54,731 nucleotides of DNA, taken from assembly GCA_964353465.1 (NCBI GenBank), contig CAYGWQ010000003.1:1-54731 (forward strand), given 5' to 3'. The position numbers were made by a program, and so were the translations under genes. The notes beneath the pieces are model-generated. The model worked only from the letters and a program-made list of their open reading frames with translations, ran no database searches and was not told where the DNA came from. Source of the DNA: an uncultured Acidobacteriota bacterium. Lineage in GTDB: Bacteria > Acidobacteriota > UBA6911. Shown here in pieces: positions 45,588-54,616 of the stretch. Within the stretch, counting starts at the first letter, position 1. Each line of letters begins with the position of its first letter.

Positions 45588-45621
45588 ACTGGTTTCCACC
45601 CATCCCTCGGCCGCCTGGATG

Positions 45622-48600
45622 CTAATGAACCTTCCAGGCGTCCTCCGCAAGGCTAAAAGGAAGGAAGGCTGCCGATGCAGTCAGACCTTTAAGGATGACG
45701 TACATTTCCGCGGGCTCGACCAGCGGGAGTTCACCTGAAAAGGTCTTTTTCAATTCTACGGTCCTGATGGAGAAATCGACGCTCGTTAACACGGCTTTCA
45801 GCATATGGTTTTCAAAAACAACCTCACCGCTGCTTTCTCTCCAGGTGAGCGTCGACTCTCTCCCTCCCTCCCGTCTTCTAATGGTCCATCCCCCGCCTAT
45901 TGTATCGAGGTAGAAGGCATTGTCATGCTCCCCTGCAAAATCAGCTGCCCGGAAAAAGAGCCGGGGCTTCTCCAGGTAAGGCCGGCCCCTGTGAACGCAA
46001 AAAGTCGCACAATTGCCGCAGTCATTGCACAGGTCATGCAAATGGATAATCTGCCGGGTCTGACCCACCCGGAAAACGGTCGCCCCGGTCACTGCGGGAA
46101 GCCCATTGCGGCAGGAAAGCACAGGCAGATTCAGATCTTCAGGCGAGACAATATAGGCCTGGTTGGCACGATTCGGGCACACATCCACGCACTTGTCGCA
46201 AAAGCTGGAGCACAGCAGGCAGCGGGCCGCTTCACGGCGAGCAGCCTCTTCGGCCAGCGTTCCTTCCACCAGCGCAAAGCTGCCGCGCCGATCCGGCGGT
46301 ATCAGCGGCGCTTCTTGCCGCATTTCTTTTCGAGCGCGAGCGCGCCGGACCGCCGCGATTTCGTCTCCCGAGAGCTCCGCCGGAGGCGCAGGCAGCGGCC
46401 GGAATTCGATGCCGAATTCCGCACAAATTGCCTCCGCAGCACGGCGGCCATCCGCACAGGCCGCTATGATGCTCCCCGGCCCGCGGACGGCATCCCCGCC
46501 CGCGTAGATGTGCTGCGCGCCTGCATTTCCGGTCTCAGGATGGACTGCGATGGATCCGTTGTTGCAGAGCGGTACGGCGCTCCCTTGGAGGAAAGTGAGA
46601 TCCGGGCTCTGGCCGACGGCCACGACAATGGACTCGGCCTCGATCTGGAACTCGCTGCCCGGAATGGGCACGGGTCGCCTGCGGCCATCAGTGCCGGGCT
46701 CACCGGGCCTGTTCCTTATGCATTCCAGTGCGGCCACCCTGTCATCCCGCGGGATCACCCGGACCGGAGACACGAGTTCCTGCAATCGGATACCCTCTTC
46801 AAGGGCACCCTCGATATCCTCCTCGCCGGCAGGCATGTCCTCCCGAGTCCTCCTGTAGACAACCAGCACAGGATGGCGCGTGAGCCGCTGGGCTGCGCGA
46901 GCAGCGTCCATGGCGGTGTTACCTCCGCCTATGACCAGAACCCTGGGTCCCAGATCGATTGGCTGCCCAAGCCGCGCCTGCTGCAGGAGGTCCAAAGCCG
47001 CCATCACTCCCTGCGCCTGCATGCCTTCAATGTATAACGGCGCGTTCTTCTGAAATCCGCTCGCAACGTAAACCGCATCAAAACCATGGCTCAACAAATC
47101 TTCAGGCGGCTGGGCAACCGGCTGGCGGAGTTTGATTGCAACGCCCAGACGGACGATCCGGTCAATGTCCGCCTGAATGACCTCGGAGGGCAGGCGGAAG
47201 CCGGGAGCCAGGCGCATCATTCCTCCCGCTTTATCCTTGGCTTCGAAGACAGTGACCTGGATGCCATTCAACGCCAGGAAGTAAGCAGCGGACAGCCCGG
47301 ATGGTCCGCCGCCTATTACAGCGGTCCGCCGGCAGAGCCGGTCCCTCACGGGCAGCGTGATCCGGCCCTTTTCAGCGGCAAATCTCTTGAGCGCCCGAAT
47401 GGCTATCGGCTCGTCATAATTGCTCGCAGAGCGCGTACAGCACCTTTGACACAGCTGGGTACAAATATAGCCGGTCGCGCCCGGCAGCGGATTCTGCGCC
47501 ATAATAATCTCCAGCGCACGGTCATACTCCCCCCGGGAAATCCGCAGGGCATATTCGGGGACATCCTGGCGCACGGCGCACTGCTCCACGCAAGGGGCGG
47601 AGATACAATCGAACAATGCCAGCCCCGAGTCGACCTTAGGCAATCCATGGGAATACCACCGTCTCTTATAGCGTGGATTCGCGAGTGCGTCGGCCGCCGC
47701 TTGAGCCAGGTTCGCCAGCTTGTTCCGGGCCAGTTCATCGAGGCTTGCGGCGCCCTGTGCGCGCATTGCAGCTTCGAGGTTTTCCAGGTATTGAGGCAAC
47801 CGGGCATAGCCGCCGGGCTTGAGCAGATCCGTGGCCACGGTAACCGGCCGTGCGCCGGCTGCCAGAATGCGGCTCACGTTGAACGCATCTGCACCGCCGG
47901 AATAAGAGACGTTTACATTACCGTGGAACTCTTCCGCCAGCTTGTGGAAGAGGTGAATGGTGAGTGGATAGAGAGCGCGGCCGGACATGTACATCTCATC
48001 GCCGGACAGGCTCCCCTTGTGGTTGAGCGTTGGCAGTGTATTGCTCAGTTTGACGCCAAAAGTCAAACGGCACCCCGCAGCCAGCCGCTGGAGCGACCGG
48101 ATCAGTTCCACAGCCTGCCCGTATCGCAGGTCTTTTTCAAACACGGCATCGGGAACCTTCACTTCGTGAAATCCCAGATCGCCGCGAAGCATGGCAAAGA
48201 CGGCTTCTTTCCCGAGCAACGTTGGATTTAGTTTGACTGCAGTGTGGAGGCCTCTATCTTCCAGCAGGTAGCAGGCAATCTGTTCAATCTCCCCAGGCGG
48301 ACAGCCGTGCATGGTGGAGAGTGTGACACTGTTGGCGATTTGGGAGGGGATTGCCACATCTTTGAACTGGGGAAATCTGGCTCGCAGCACGGCACGGATC
48401 CCGGCCAGTTCCGCGGATGCGTTCTTCATCCGATCCATGAAGCGGCTCATGGGAGCGCTCCGGATGCCTGACAGGGTGTAGCCGACGCTCATGTTGAATA
48501 TGGTTCCGAGCGGAATCCGTTCATCAAAGCCGAGCATACGGTGCAGGACATGAATCAAAGCCCAGGCCTTGATGTACTCGTTGGCCGACTCAGCCAACTT

Positions 48601-48936
48601 GAGTTCTTGCGACCATTCGATGTTGTATCCTTCATCCTCCATGTCCATGCATGGCCGGGGTATGTCCAGCTCGTCGAGGACTTGCACGGTTTTGAGCTCA
48701 ATGAAGCGCCCGCCGCAAAGCCATGCGGAGACGATGTTCTGGGCCAGCTGAGTGTGGGGCCCTGCCGCCGGGCCGATCGGAGTTGCCAGATATTGTCCGA
48801 AGATATCCGGAATCCCGTAGGGGCTGTCGCGTCCGGGCACATGAAAGAGCGAGCGATCTATTCCGAAAATGGAATGCCGCTGCCGATATTCTTCCAGAAT
48901 CCAACTGAGAAGGACTTCAAATGGAAGAATGCGCAT
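45622..48936 (-). CDS. ygfK: YgfK-family protein (annotated in databases as putative selenate reductase subunit YgfK): DHODH-like + Fe-S + GltD-like FAD/NAD(P) domains
   Basis: The N-terminus MRILPFEVLLSWILEEYRQRHSIFGI...ATPIGPAAGPHTQLAQNIVSAWLCGGRFIELKTVQVLDELDIPRPC.DMEDEGYN.EWSQEL matches my memory of E. coli YgfK closely. It has about 1100 aa, GGGPSG/GGGNTAMD dinucleotide motifs and Cys clusters. Confidence 0.85.
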   Translation of the reverse strand: MRILPFEVLLSWILEEYRQRHSIFGIDRSLFHVPGRDSPYGIPDIFGQYLATPIGPAAGPHTQLAQNIVSAWLCGGRFIELKTVQVLDELDIPRPCMDMEDEGYNIEWSQELKLAESANEYIKAWALIHVLHRMLGFDERIPLGTIFNMSVGYTLSGIRSAPMSRFMDRMKNASAELAGIRAVLRARFPQFKDVAIPSQIANSVTLSTMHGCPPGEIEQIACYLLEDRGLHTAVKLNPTLLGKEAVFAMLRGDLGFHEVKVPDAVFEKDLRYGQAVELIRSLQRLAAGCRLTFGVKLSNTLPTLNHKGSLSGDEMYMSGRALYPLTIHLFHKLAEEFHGNVNVSYSGGADAFNVSRILAAGARPVTVATDLLKPGGYARLPQYLENLEAAMRAQGAASLDELARNKLANLAQAAADALANPRYKRRWYSHGLPKVDSGLALFDCISAPCVEQCAVRQDVPEYALRISRGEYDRALEIIMAQNPLPGATGYICTQLCQRCCTRSASNYDEPIAIRALKRFAAEKGRITLPVRDRLCRRTAVIGGGPSGLSAAYFLALNGIQVTVFEAKDKAGGMMRLAPGFRLPSEVIQADIDRIVRLGVAIKLRQPVAQPPEDLLSHGFDAVYVASGFQKNAPLYIEGMQAQGVMAALDLLQQARLGQPIDLGPRVLVIGGGNTAMDAARAAQRLTRHPVLVVYRRTREDMPAGEEDIEGALEEGIRLQELVSPVRVIPRDDRVAALECIRNRPGEPGTDGRRRPVPIPGSEFQIEAESIVVAVGQSPDLTFLQGSAVPLCNNGSIAVHPETGNAGAQHIYAGGDAVRGPGSIIAACADGRRAAEAICAEFGIEFRPLPAPPAELSGDEIAAVRRARARKEMRQEAPLIPPDRRGSFALVEGTLAEEAARREAARCLLCSSFCDKCVDVCPNRANQAYIVSPEDLNLPVLSCRNGLPAVTGATVFRVGQTRQIIHLHDLCNDCGNCATFCVHRGRPYLEKPRLFFRAADFAGEHDNAFYLDTIGGGWTIRRREGGRESTLTWRESSGEVVFENHMLKAVLTSVDFSIRTVELKKTFSGELPLVEPAEMYVILKGLTASAAFLPFSLAEDAWKVH

Positions 48937-49024
48937 GGTACAGGCTCACCAATCCAGCTCAAAGCGCGGCAGGCAAGGACTGCCGGACCACAGGTGCGGG
49001 CAGCACGAAGACAATATCCTTACC

Positions 49025-49294
49025 GGTTTCTGTCGCGAAACTCGCTCGGCCAGTAAGCAAGCCCCGGAGGGGCAGGAAGAGAATAGCCCCGGGCGCAAGC
49101 CCGGGGTTGGATCGGAAAGCCACGCAGAGCCCCGGAGGGGCGACAGAAAAATGTCGCGCACAAATGTCTTTCGCCCCTGCCGGGGCTCCATAAATGCAAT
49201 ATCCTATCCGGGGGCTCGCGCCCCCGGCTACTATCTTTCTGCCCCTCCGGGGCGCGGCTAGCGCATTCTGCGGCCGAGTTTTGCAACAGTTAAC
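49025..49294. repeat. structured palindromic MITE-like element, copy C
   Basis: Same architecture and orientation as copy B. The left end is GGTTTCTGTCGCGAAACT, and hp1 GCCCCGGAGGGGC follows 19 nt later. It carries the GCAA-loop hairpin, a central palindrome, inverted arm beta (loop TCGC) and a degenerate right end GAGTTTTGCAACAGTTAAC. It lies between the Mo-subunit stop and the ygfK start. Confidence 0.85.
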
Positions 49295-49350
49295 TGGCCA
49301 ATCTGTGCCATTCGGACACAAACTGCAATTCTTTGGATTGGCCGGTTAAC
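49289..49350. repeat. 15-bp inverted repeat (GTTAACTGGCCAATC / GATTGGCCGGTTAAC, 1 mismatch) with 32-nt spacer
   Basis: The arms are at 49289-49303 and 49336-49350. It sits immediately right of element copy C and is followed by GACAGAAAC (reverse complement of GTTTCTGTC, the element end-motif core) at 49352-49360. Confidence 0.6.
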
Positions 49351-49430
49351 TGACAGAAACTAGATTGTGTCGCGAAGCGCCATTCGGGCCCCCGCGGCAA
49401 CGCCCCGGATCAAGTTCGAATTTCGAATTT

Positions 49431-51665
49431 CTATCGCCCCTCCGACAGGGCTTTCCAAACCCGTTCCGCAGTCAGCGGAAACTCGTCAAACCATATCCCC
49501 GTGGCATCATGGACAGCAGCGATCAGAGCAGGAGCCAGCGCGATGAAGGGCATCTCGCCCATGCCGCGCGCTCCCCATGGGCCGATGGGATTGGGCTCTT
49601 CCACGATGATCATTTCCACGCGCTCCGGGATGTCCGCAGTGGTGGGCATCAGATAGGTGCTCAGATTAGGCGTCATCACCCGACCCCCGGCCGTCACAAA
49701 GTCCTCGCAAGTGGCCCACCCGGCGGCCTGGACCACGCCGCCCTCGATCTGTCCCGCAACCTGTTGCGGATTGATCGCCTTGCCCACATCGTTGGCACTG
49801 ATAACGCGCAGAATGCGTAACGCGCCGGTTTCGATATCCACCTCTACCTCCACCGCCTGGGCAACATAGCCGTAAGAAAAACTGGGGGTGCCCTGGCCGG
49901 TTTCCGAATCGAACGGGGTGGTCTTGGGTGACAGATACGTGTAATCCCCGACGGCCGGCCTCTCCTTGGCACGCCACTTTTTCAGCGCTTCGGCAGCGGC
50001 CCCGCGGATCGCGTTGCCGCTCATCAAGGTCATGCGCGAAGCAGACACGGAACCGGAACTGCTGGGACTGGTGGCAGTGTCCGCGGTAACCAACCGCACC
50101 CGTTCCAGAGGCACGTGGAGTGCCTCCGCTGCCATCTGGCAAATTACGGTGTGGGTGCCCTGCCCCACCTCTGCGCTGCCGATATACACCACCGCCTCTT
50201 CAATCTCTGCCTCACCGCTTAAGGCAATCTTCACCCGGCAATTGTCCTGATAGCCGAACGAATAACCCACATTCTTGAGGGCGATGGCGAAACCAATCCC
50301 TCGTCGCAGGGGGGATTGCGACTTCTGAGGCGAAGGCTTGCACCACCCCTGTTCTGTCTGCTGCCAGCCGGCGGCGCGGGCGCACCGTCCGGCAACCTCC
50401 GCCAGGCTCACGCCTTCGGGCAGAGGCGTGCCCATAGGGGTCAGGCTGCCTTCCCCCAGCAGGTTTTTGAGCCGCAGTTCGAGCGGATCCATGTTCAGCG
50501 CCTGTGCCAGTTTGTTCATCTGCATCTCGGCAGCAAAGATCGCCTGAGGGGAGCCGAAGCCGCGAAAGGCGCCGCTCGGCGGATTATTGGTGTACACCCC
50601 ATCGACATCGACTTTGATATTGGGAATCACGTAAGCACCGGCACAGGTTGCGGTGGTATTGCCAAGGACCTTGTTGGTGGTGTAGCAGTAAGCACCGCCG
50701 TCGGCCACGACGTGGATTTCTGCGGCCACCAATTTCCCCTCGCGGGTAGCGCCCCACTTGCTGCGGATCCAGAAAGGATGGCGCTTGCAGTGGCCCAGGA
50801 TGGATTCCTCCCTGCTCCAGACCATTTTGACGGGGCGCCGCAGCTTCCATGCTGCCAGCGCCAGCACGATTTGCACGGAAATATCTTCTCTGCCGCCGAA
50901 GGCCCCGCCGATGGCAGGGTAGGTCACGCGCACTTGATCGAGGGGCAATTCCAATGCATGGGCGATCTGGTGCTGATCTTCCGACGTCCACTGACCCGCA
51001 ACGGCGACCGTGATCCGGCCCTCATCGTCAAGATAGGCAAGCCCGGCCTCGGGCTGCAGGTAGGCGTGCTCCTGGGAAGGCGTATGGTACTCGGCCTCCA
51101 CGACGACATCGGCCTGTTTCCAGCCGCTTGCCATGTCCCCCCTGCGGATTTGATGGTGCGAGATAAGATTGCCTTCGGCGCGCAGCTCGGGGTGGATCTC
51201 GCTGAGGTAGCGGCGGCTGTGGAGTTGAGGAGCCCCCGGCTTAAGCGCTTCGAACGGGTCGGTGAGGACCGGAAGGTCCTGGTACTCCACGTGCATGACC
51301 TCACGCGCTGCAGCAGCGGCACTCTCGGTTTCAGCCACTATCAGCGCGACCTGGTCGCCGACAAAACGCACAACTTCGGCGCCCGCCTTCGAGGACCCGG
51401 GACCGCACAGCACCGGTTGGTCCGGGATCTGCAGGCCGCGCTCATTTACCGGCACATCGCGCGCGGTATAGACCGCGACCACACCGGGGACTGCCTCCGC
51501 CGCGGATGAGTCTATGCTCAGGATGCGGGCGTGAGGACGCCGGGCAAACAGGATTTTGGCCTGCAGCATGCCAGCCATGCTCAGGTCGCCCGGATATTTC
51601 GCCTCGCCCGTAACCTTGGCATGAGCATCGATACGGGGCGCGGATTGACCGACACTTTGTGTCAT
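49431..51665 (-). CDS. xanthine dehydrogenase-family molybdenum hydroxylase, molybdopterin-binding large subunit
   Basis: Inside ORF 49431..51839. ATG 51665 overlaps the upstream stop (ATGA). MTQSVGQSAPRIDAHAKVTGEAKYPGD (a/b-hammerhead start), GGAFGGRED and GFGSPQ..FA.E motifs are typical. Confidence 0.9.
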   Translation of the reverse strand: MTQSVGQSAPRIDAHAKVTGEAKYPGDLSMAGMLQAKILFARRPHARILSIDSSAAEAVPGVVAVYTARDVPVNERGLQIPDQPVLCGPGSSKAGAEVVRFVGDQVALIVAETESAAAAAREVMHVEYQDLPVLTDPFEALKPGAPQLHSRRYLSEIHPELRAEGNLISHHQIRRGDMASGWKQADVVVEAEYHTPSQEHAYLQPEAGLAYLDDEGRITVAVAGQWTSEDQHQIAHALELPLDQVRVTYPAIGGAFGGREDISVQIVLALAAWKLRRPVKMVWSREESILGHCKRHPFWIRSKWGATREGKLVAAEIHVVADGGAYCYTTNKVLGNTTATCAGAYVIPNIKVDVDGVYTNNPPSGAFRGFGSPQAIFAAEMQMNKLAQALNMDPLELRLKNLLGEGSLTPMGTPLPEGVSLAEVAGRCARAAGWQQTEQGWCKPSPQKSQSPLRRGIGFAIALKNVGYSFGYQDNCRVKIALSGEAEIEEAVVYIGSAEVGQGTHTVICQMAAEALHVPLERVRLVTADTATSPSSSGSVSASRMTLMSGNAIRGAAAEALKKWRAKERPAVGDYTYLSPKTTPFDSETGQGTPSFSYGYVAQAVEVEVDIETGALRILRVISANDVGKAINPQQVAGQIEGGVVQAAGWATCEDFVTAGGRVMTPNLSTYLMPTTADIPERVEMIIVEEPNPIGPWGARGMGEMPFIALAPALIAAVHDATGIWFDEFPLTAERVWKALSEGR

Positions 51666-53128
51666 AGGATCTCCCCTTTTCCGACGGCTCTCTCTACCGC
51701 GCGCATGATTTTGTAATACCCGGTACAGCGGCACAGGTTGCCGCTCAGCCCGGCGATGATCTGCTCGCGGGTGGGATTGGGGATTTCCTCCAGCATGCTG
51801 GAACTCGCCATGACAAACCCGGGCGTGCAGTAACCGCACTGCACGGCTCCTTCATCAATCATTGCCTGCTGCACAGGATGGAGCTTGCCGTCTCGAGCCA
51901 TGCCCTCAATGGTAATCAGCTGCGTGCCGTGGGCTCGGGGAGCCGGAACCAGGCAAGCCAGCACTGCGATACCATCCATGAACACCGTGCATGCGCCGCA
52001 CTCACCCTCGCCGCACCCCTCCTTGGTGCCAGTTAATTGCAGGTCCTCACGGAGCATGTCCAGCAATCTTTTGCCGCCGGCACCGGGTATGAGCATCTGC
52101 TTGCCGTTCACCACGCACTCGATGATCTCGGGACCGCCATCGTGATGACAGAGCGATGTCCCCGCCCAGTGCGGGAAACGGCCGTTGGATTTTCCCCACA
52201 GCATCGGCGCGGCTCTGCCGCCGGTCCCATGCCGGTCGCCGTCGCGAAGCGCGGCGAGAGCGCGATGCACGAGAACACGCGCGGCCGCGCGGCGATACTC
52301 CGCTCCGGACCTGACATCCGAAATGGGAGCGGCAACCTGCGCGGCCAGATCGGCAGCTTCGGCGATACCTTCATCACTGAGCACTTTTCCCAGAAGCGCC
52401 TGCTCCGCTTCCGGAGCCCGGATGATCGTCGGAGCGACGCTGCCCAGCGCGATGCGTGCCGCGGAAACGGTAGAGCCATTCATGGTCAGAACAACTGCGG
52501 CGTTGACGAGGGCAATCGCATTCGCGCGTCGCAAGCCCGCCTTCAAAAAGATGCCCCGCTGATGCGCACCGAGAGCCGGAAATGCGATATCGGTCACCAT
52601 CTCATCCGGGGCGACCGCCGTGCGCCTTACCCCGGCATAAAAATCGGGGAACGAGAGAACGCGCCGGCCCCGAACACTGCGCAGTGTCAGGCGGGCATCC
52701 AGGGCCCACAGCGCCGTGATGGTATCGTTGGCCGGGGAAGCCGTGACGAGATTGCCCGTCACCGTACCCCGGTTGCGCACCTGAGGAGTGCCCACCTGGC
52801 TGCAAGCCAGCGCCAGCGGCCATGCTTTCTCCCTCAGGATCTCCGCGGAGGCAGCCTGATTGTGCGTGAGCGCGGCACCGAGATGGATCTGTCCCTCGTC
52901 ATCCGCGCGGATAAGGTCCAGTTGCGGGATGCGGGTCACGTCGAACAGAACACAGTCGCGTCCGGCATTGCGCTGCCATTCGACCAGGAGGTCAGTGCCG
53001 CCGGCGATGATGCAAGCCCTGTCGCCATATTCGGCCAGGAGGCGCAGGGTTTCTTCCACGGATGTCGGTGTTCGGTAAGTTCGCCACACAACGAATCGCT
53101 CCCGTTTGTCAAATCCACCCTGTGGCAT
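51662..53128 (-). CDS. fused FAD-binding (CoxM/XdhB/YgfM-like) and [2Fe-2S] (CoxS-like) subunit of the molybdenum hydroxylase
   Basis: The N-terminal ~290 aa carry IIAGGTDLLV and the FAD-binding PCMH-type pattern. The C-terminal ~160 aa carry GCGEGECGACTV and CGYCTPG...LCRCTGY, the two 2Fe-2S cluster motifs. Confidence 0.85.
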   Translation of the reverse strand: MPQGGFDKRERFVVWRTYRTPTSVEETLRLLAEYGDRACIIAGGTDLLVEWQRNAGRDCVLFDVTRIPQLDLIRADDEGQIHLGAALTHNQAASAEILREKAWPLALACSQVGTPQVRNRGTVTGNLVTASPANDTITALWALDARLTLRSVRGRRVLSFPDFYAGVRRTAVAPDEMVTDIAFPALGAHQRGIFLKAGLRRANAIALVNAAVVLTMNGSTVSAARIALGSVAPTIIRAPEAEQALLGKVLSDEGIAEAADLAAQVAAPISDVRSGAEYRRAAARVLVHRALAALRDGDRHGTGGRAAPMLWGKSNGRFPHWAGTSLCHHDGGPEIIECVVNGKQMLIPGAGGKRLLDMLREDLQLTGTKEGCGEGECGACTVFMDGIAVLACLVPAPRAHGTQLITIEGMARDGKLHPVQQAMIDEGAVQCGYCTPGFVMASSSMLEEIPNPTREQIIAGLSGNLCRCTGYYKIMRAVERAVGKGEIL

Positions 53129-53155
53129 CGGAAGGCATGCCGCCGGGGCCTGCTT

Positions 53156-54616
53156 CTACAACAACCCGGTCATCTCGTTGAACTGTTCGATCAAAGAATC
53201 GATCGCCTCAGCCTGTCCGTGGATGTTGCTCCAATAGTTGCGATCGTACCACTGAGACTGGATCTCCTGGTAGCTCTTGCCCTGCTGCTCAACCCAGGTG
53301 TAGTACTTGAGATTGTGCACGCGCTTGCGCGCCGGATAGCTCAACTCCTCGATATTCTCGGTGCCCTGCCCCCGCAGGTATTGATGAAAGGCAACGGCGG
53401 CATCCCGGCTGGTGAATTCTCCGCGCGCGGCCGTCAGCTCCTGCAACCGGCTCCGGTACATCTCCATCGAGTCGGTCAGGACCGTAATCACCGTATCCCC
53501 TTCACCCCACTCGTACCATCGCGCCATTTTTATCGCGGACAGAAGGTTCGCCGCCCCCGAAATGCCGAGGAGCGATAATTGTTCGACAAATATCCCGGGC
53601 ACACCCATCCTGACCAGGTATTTCCTGCCTTCCGCCTCGTTGAACAAACGGATGAGCTGCATGGTTGCTTCGTCGTCGATCGCCATGACCATGTCGGTAT
53701 TGCGGACGTTGTGGATCCAGGGCACGTGCTTGTCCCCGATCCCTTCAATGCGGTGGGAACCGAAGCCGTTCATCAGCAGCGTAGGACACTGCAGCGCCTC
53801 GCTGGCCGCCAGTTTGCTGGCCGGAAAGATCTCTTTCAGGTAATCCCCGGCGCCCATCGTGCCGGCAGAGCCGGTGGTGAATACCGACCCGCGCAGAACC
53901 TCGGCGGGCCGCAACGCCGTCCGCAGCACTTCTTCCATGGCCCGGCCGGTGACCTCATAGTGCCAGAGGTGGTTGCCGAACTCCTCGAACTGATTGAAGA
54001 TCATCAGGTCCTGGCCGGAACGGCGCAACTCCCAGCACTTGTCAAAGATCTCCTTGACATTGCTTTCCGTCCCCGGCGTGGCAATCACTTCCCCGGCCAC
54101 CCTGGAGAGCCAGTCGAACCGTTCGCGGCTCATCCCTTCGGGGAGAATGGCGACGGACTCGCAAGCCAGCAGTGCCGAATCGTATGCGCCGCCGCGGCAG
54201 TAGTTGCCCGTGGAAGGCCAGACCGCCTTCTGCGTGGTCGGGTCAAACTGACCCGTGACCAGGCGAGGGACCAGGCAGCCGAACGCGGCGCCGACCTTAT
54301 GAGCGCCGGTGGGGAACCATTTGCCCACCAGGGCGAAGATACGGGCCTCCACGCCGGTGAGTGACGACGGAAACTCGAGGCAGTTCACGGCGCCGAAATC
54401 GCCGCCGCTTGGCACCGGATCGTTGTGCCACGTGATGCGGAACAGGTTGAGTGAGTTCAGGTCCCAGAGTCCAATGCTCCGGAGTCGGGCCTTGATGGCA
54501 TCCGGGATCCGCGATGGATCCTTCATTTGCGCGAAGGTGGGAATGACGATACTTCTCTCTTTGGCTCTTTGGACGACTCGCTTCAAACGCTCTTGATTTA
54601 CGGTTAGATCGATCAT
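53156..54616 (-). CDS. fold-type II PLP-dependent enzyme (Trp-synthase-beta-like), function unassigned
   Basis: Inside ORF 53156..54655. ATG 54616 is preferred, with AAGGAA upstream. FPTGAHKVGAAF resembles the TrpB HTGAHK PLP-lysine motif, and a later GTGGT-like glycine-rich stretch (FTTGSAGTMGAG) is present. It has about 486 aa and is the first gene of the same-strand string. Confidence 0.7.
   Translation of the reverse strand: MIDLTVNQERLKRVVQRAKERSIVIPTFAQMKDPSRIPDAIKARLRSIGLWDLNSLNLFRITWHNDPVPSGGDFGAVNCLEFPSSLTGVEARIFALVGKWFPTGAHKVGAAFGCLVPRLVTGQFDPTTQKAVWPSTGNYCRGGAYDSALLACESVAILPEGMSRERFDWLSRVAGEVIATPGTESNVKEIFDKCWELRRSGQDLMIFNQFEEFGNHLWHYEVTGRAMEEVLRTALRPAEVLRGSVFTTGSAGTMGAGDYLKEIFPASKLAASEALQCPTLLMNGFGSHRIEGIGDKHVPWIHNVRNTDMVMAIDDEATMQLIRLFNEAEGRKYLVRMGVPGIFVEQLSLLGISGAANLLSAIKMARWYEWGEGDTVITVLTDSMEMYRSRLQELTAARGEFTSRDAAVAFHQYLRGQGTENIEELSYPARKRVHNLKYYTWVEQQGKSYQEIQSQWYDRNYWSNIHGQAEAIDSLIEQFNEMTGLL

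Noticed and set aside
3339-53578. Many long ORFs antisense to or overlapping the called genes. Examples: 3339..4208, 4287..5645, 5699..6775, 9210..10148, 11230..11955, 13830..15077, 16338..17171, 17574..18767, 20862..21623, 39962..40849, 42015..43436, 45805..47037, 47086..48231, 50316..51509, 52037..53578.
   Set aside because: - These are typical high-GC shadow ORFs.
- Their translations are Arg/Pro/Ala/Gly-rich and low in complexity, with no recognisable motifs.
- Each lies opposite a gene with strong family signatures.
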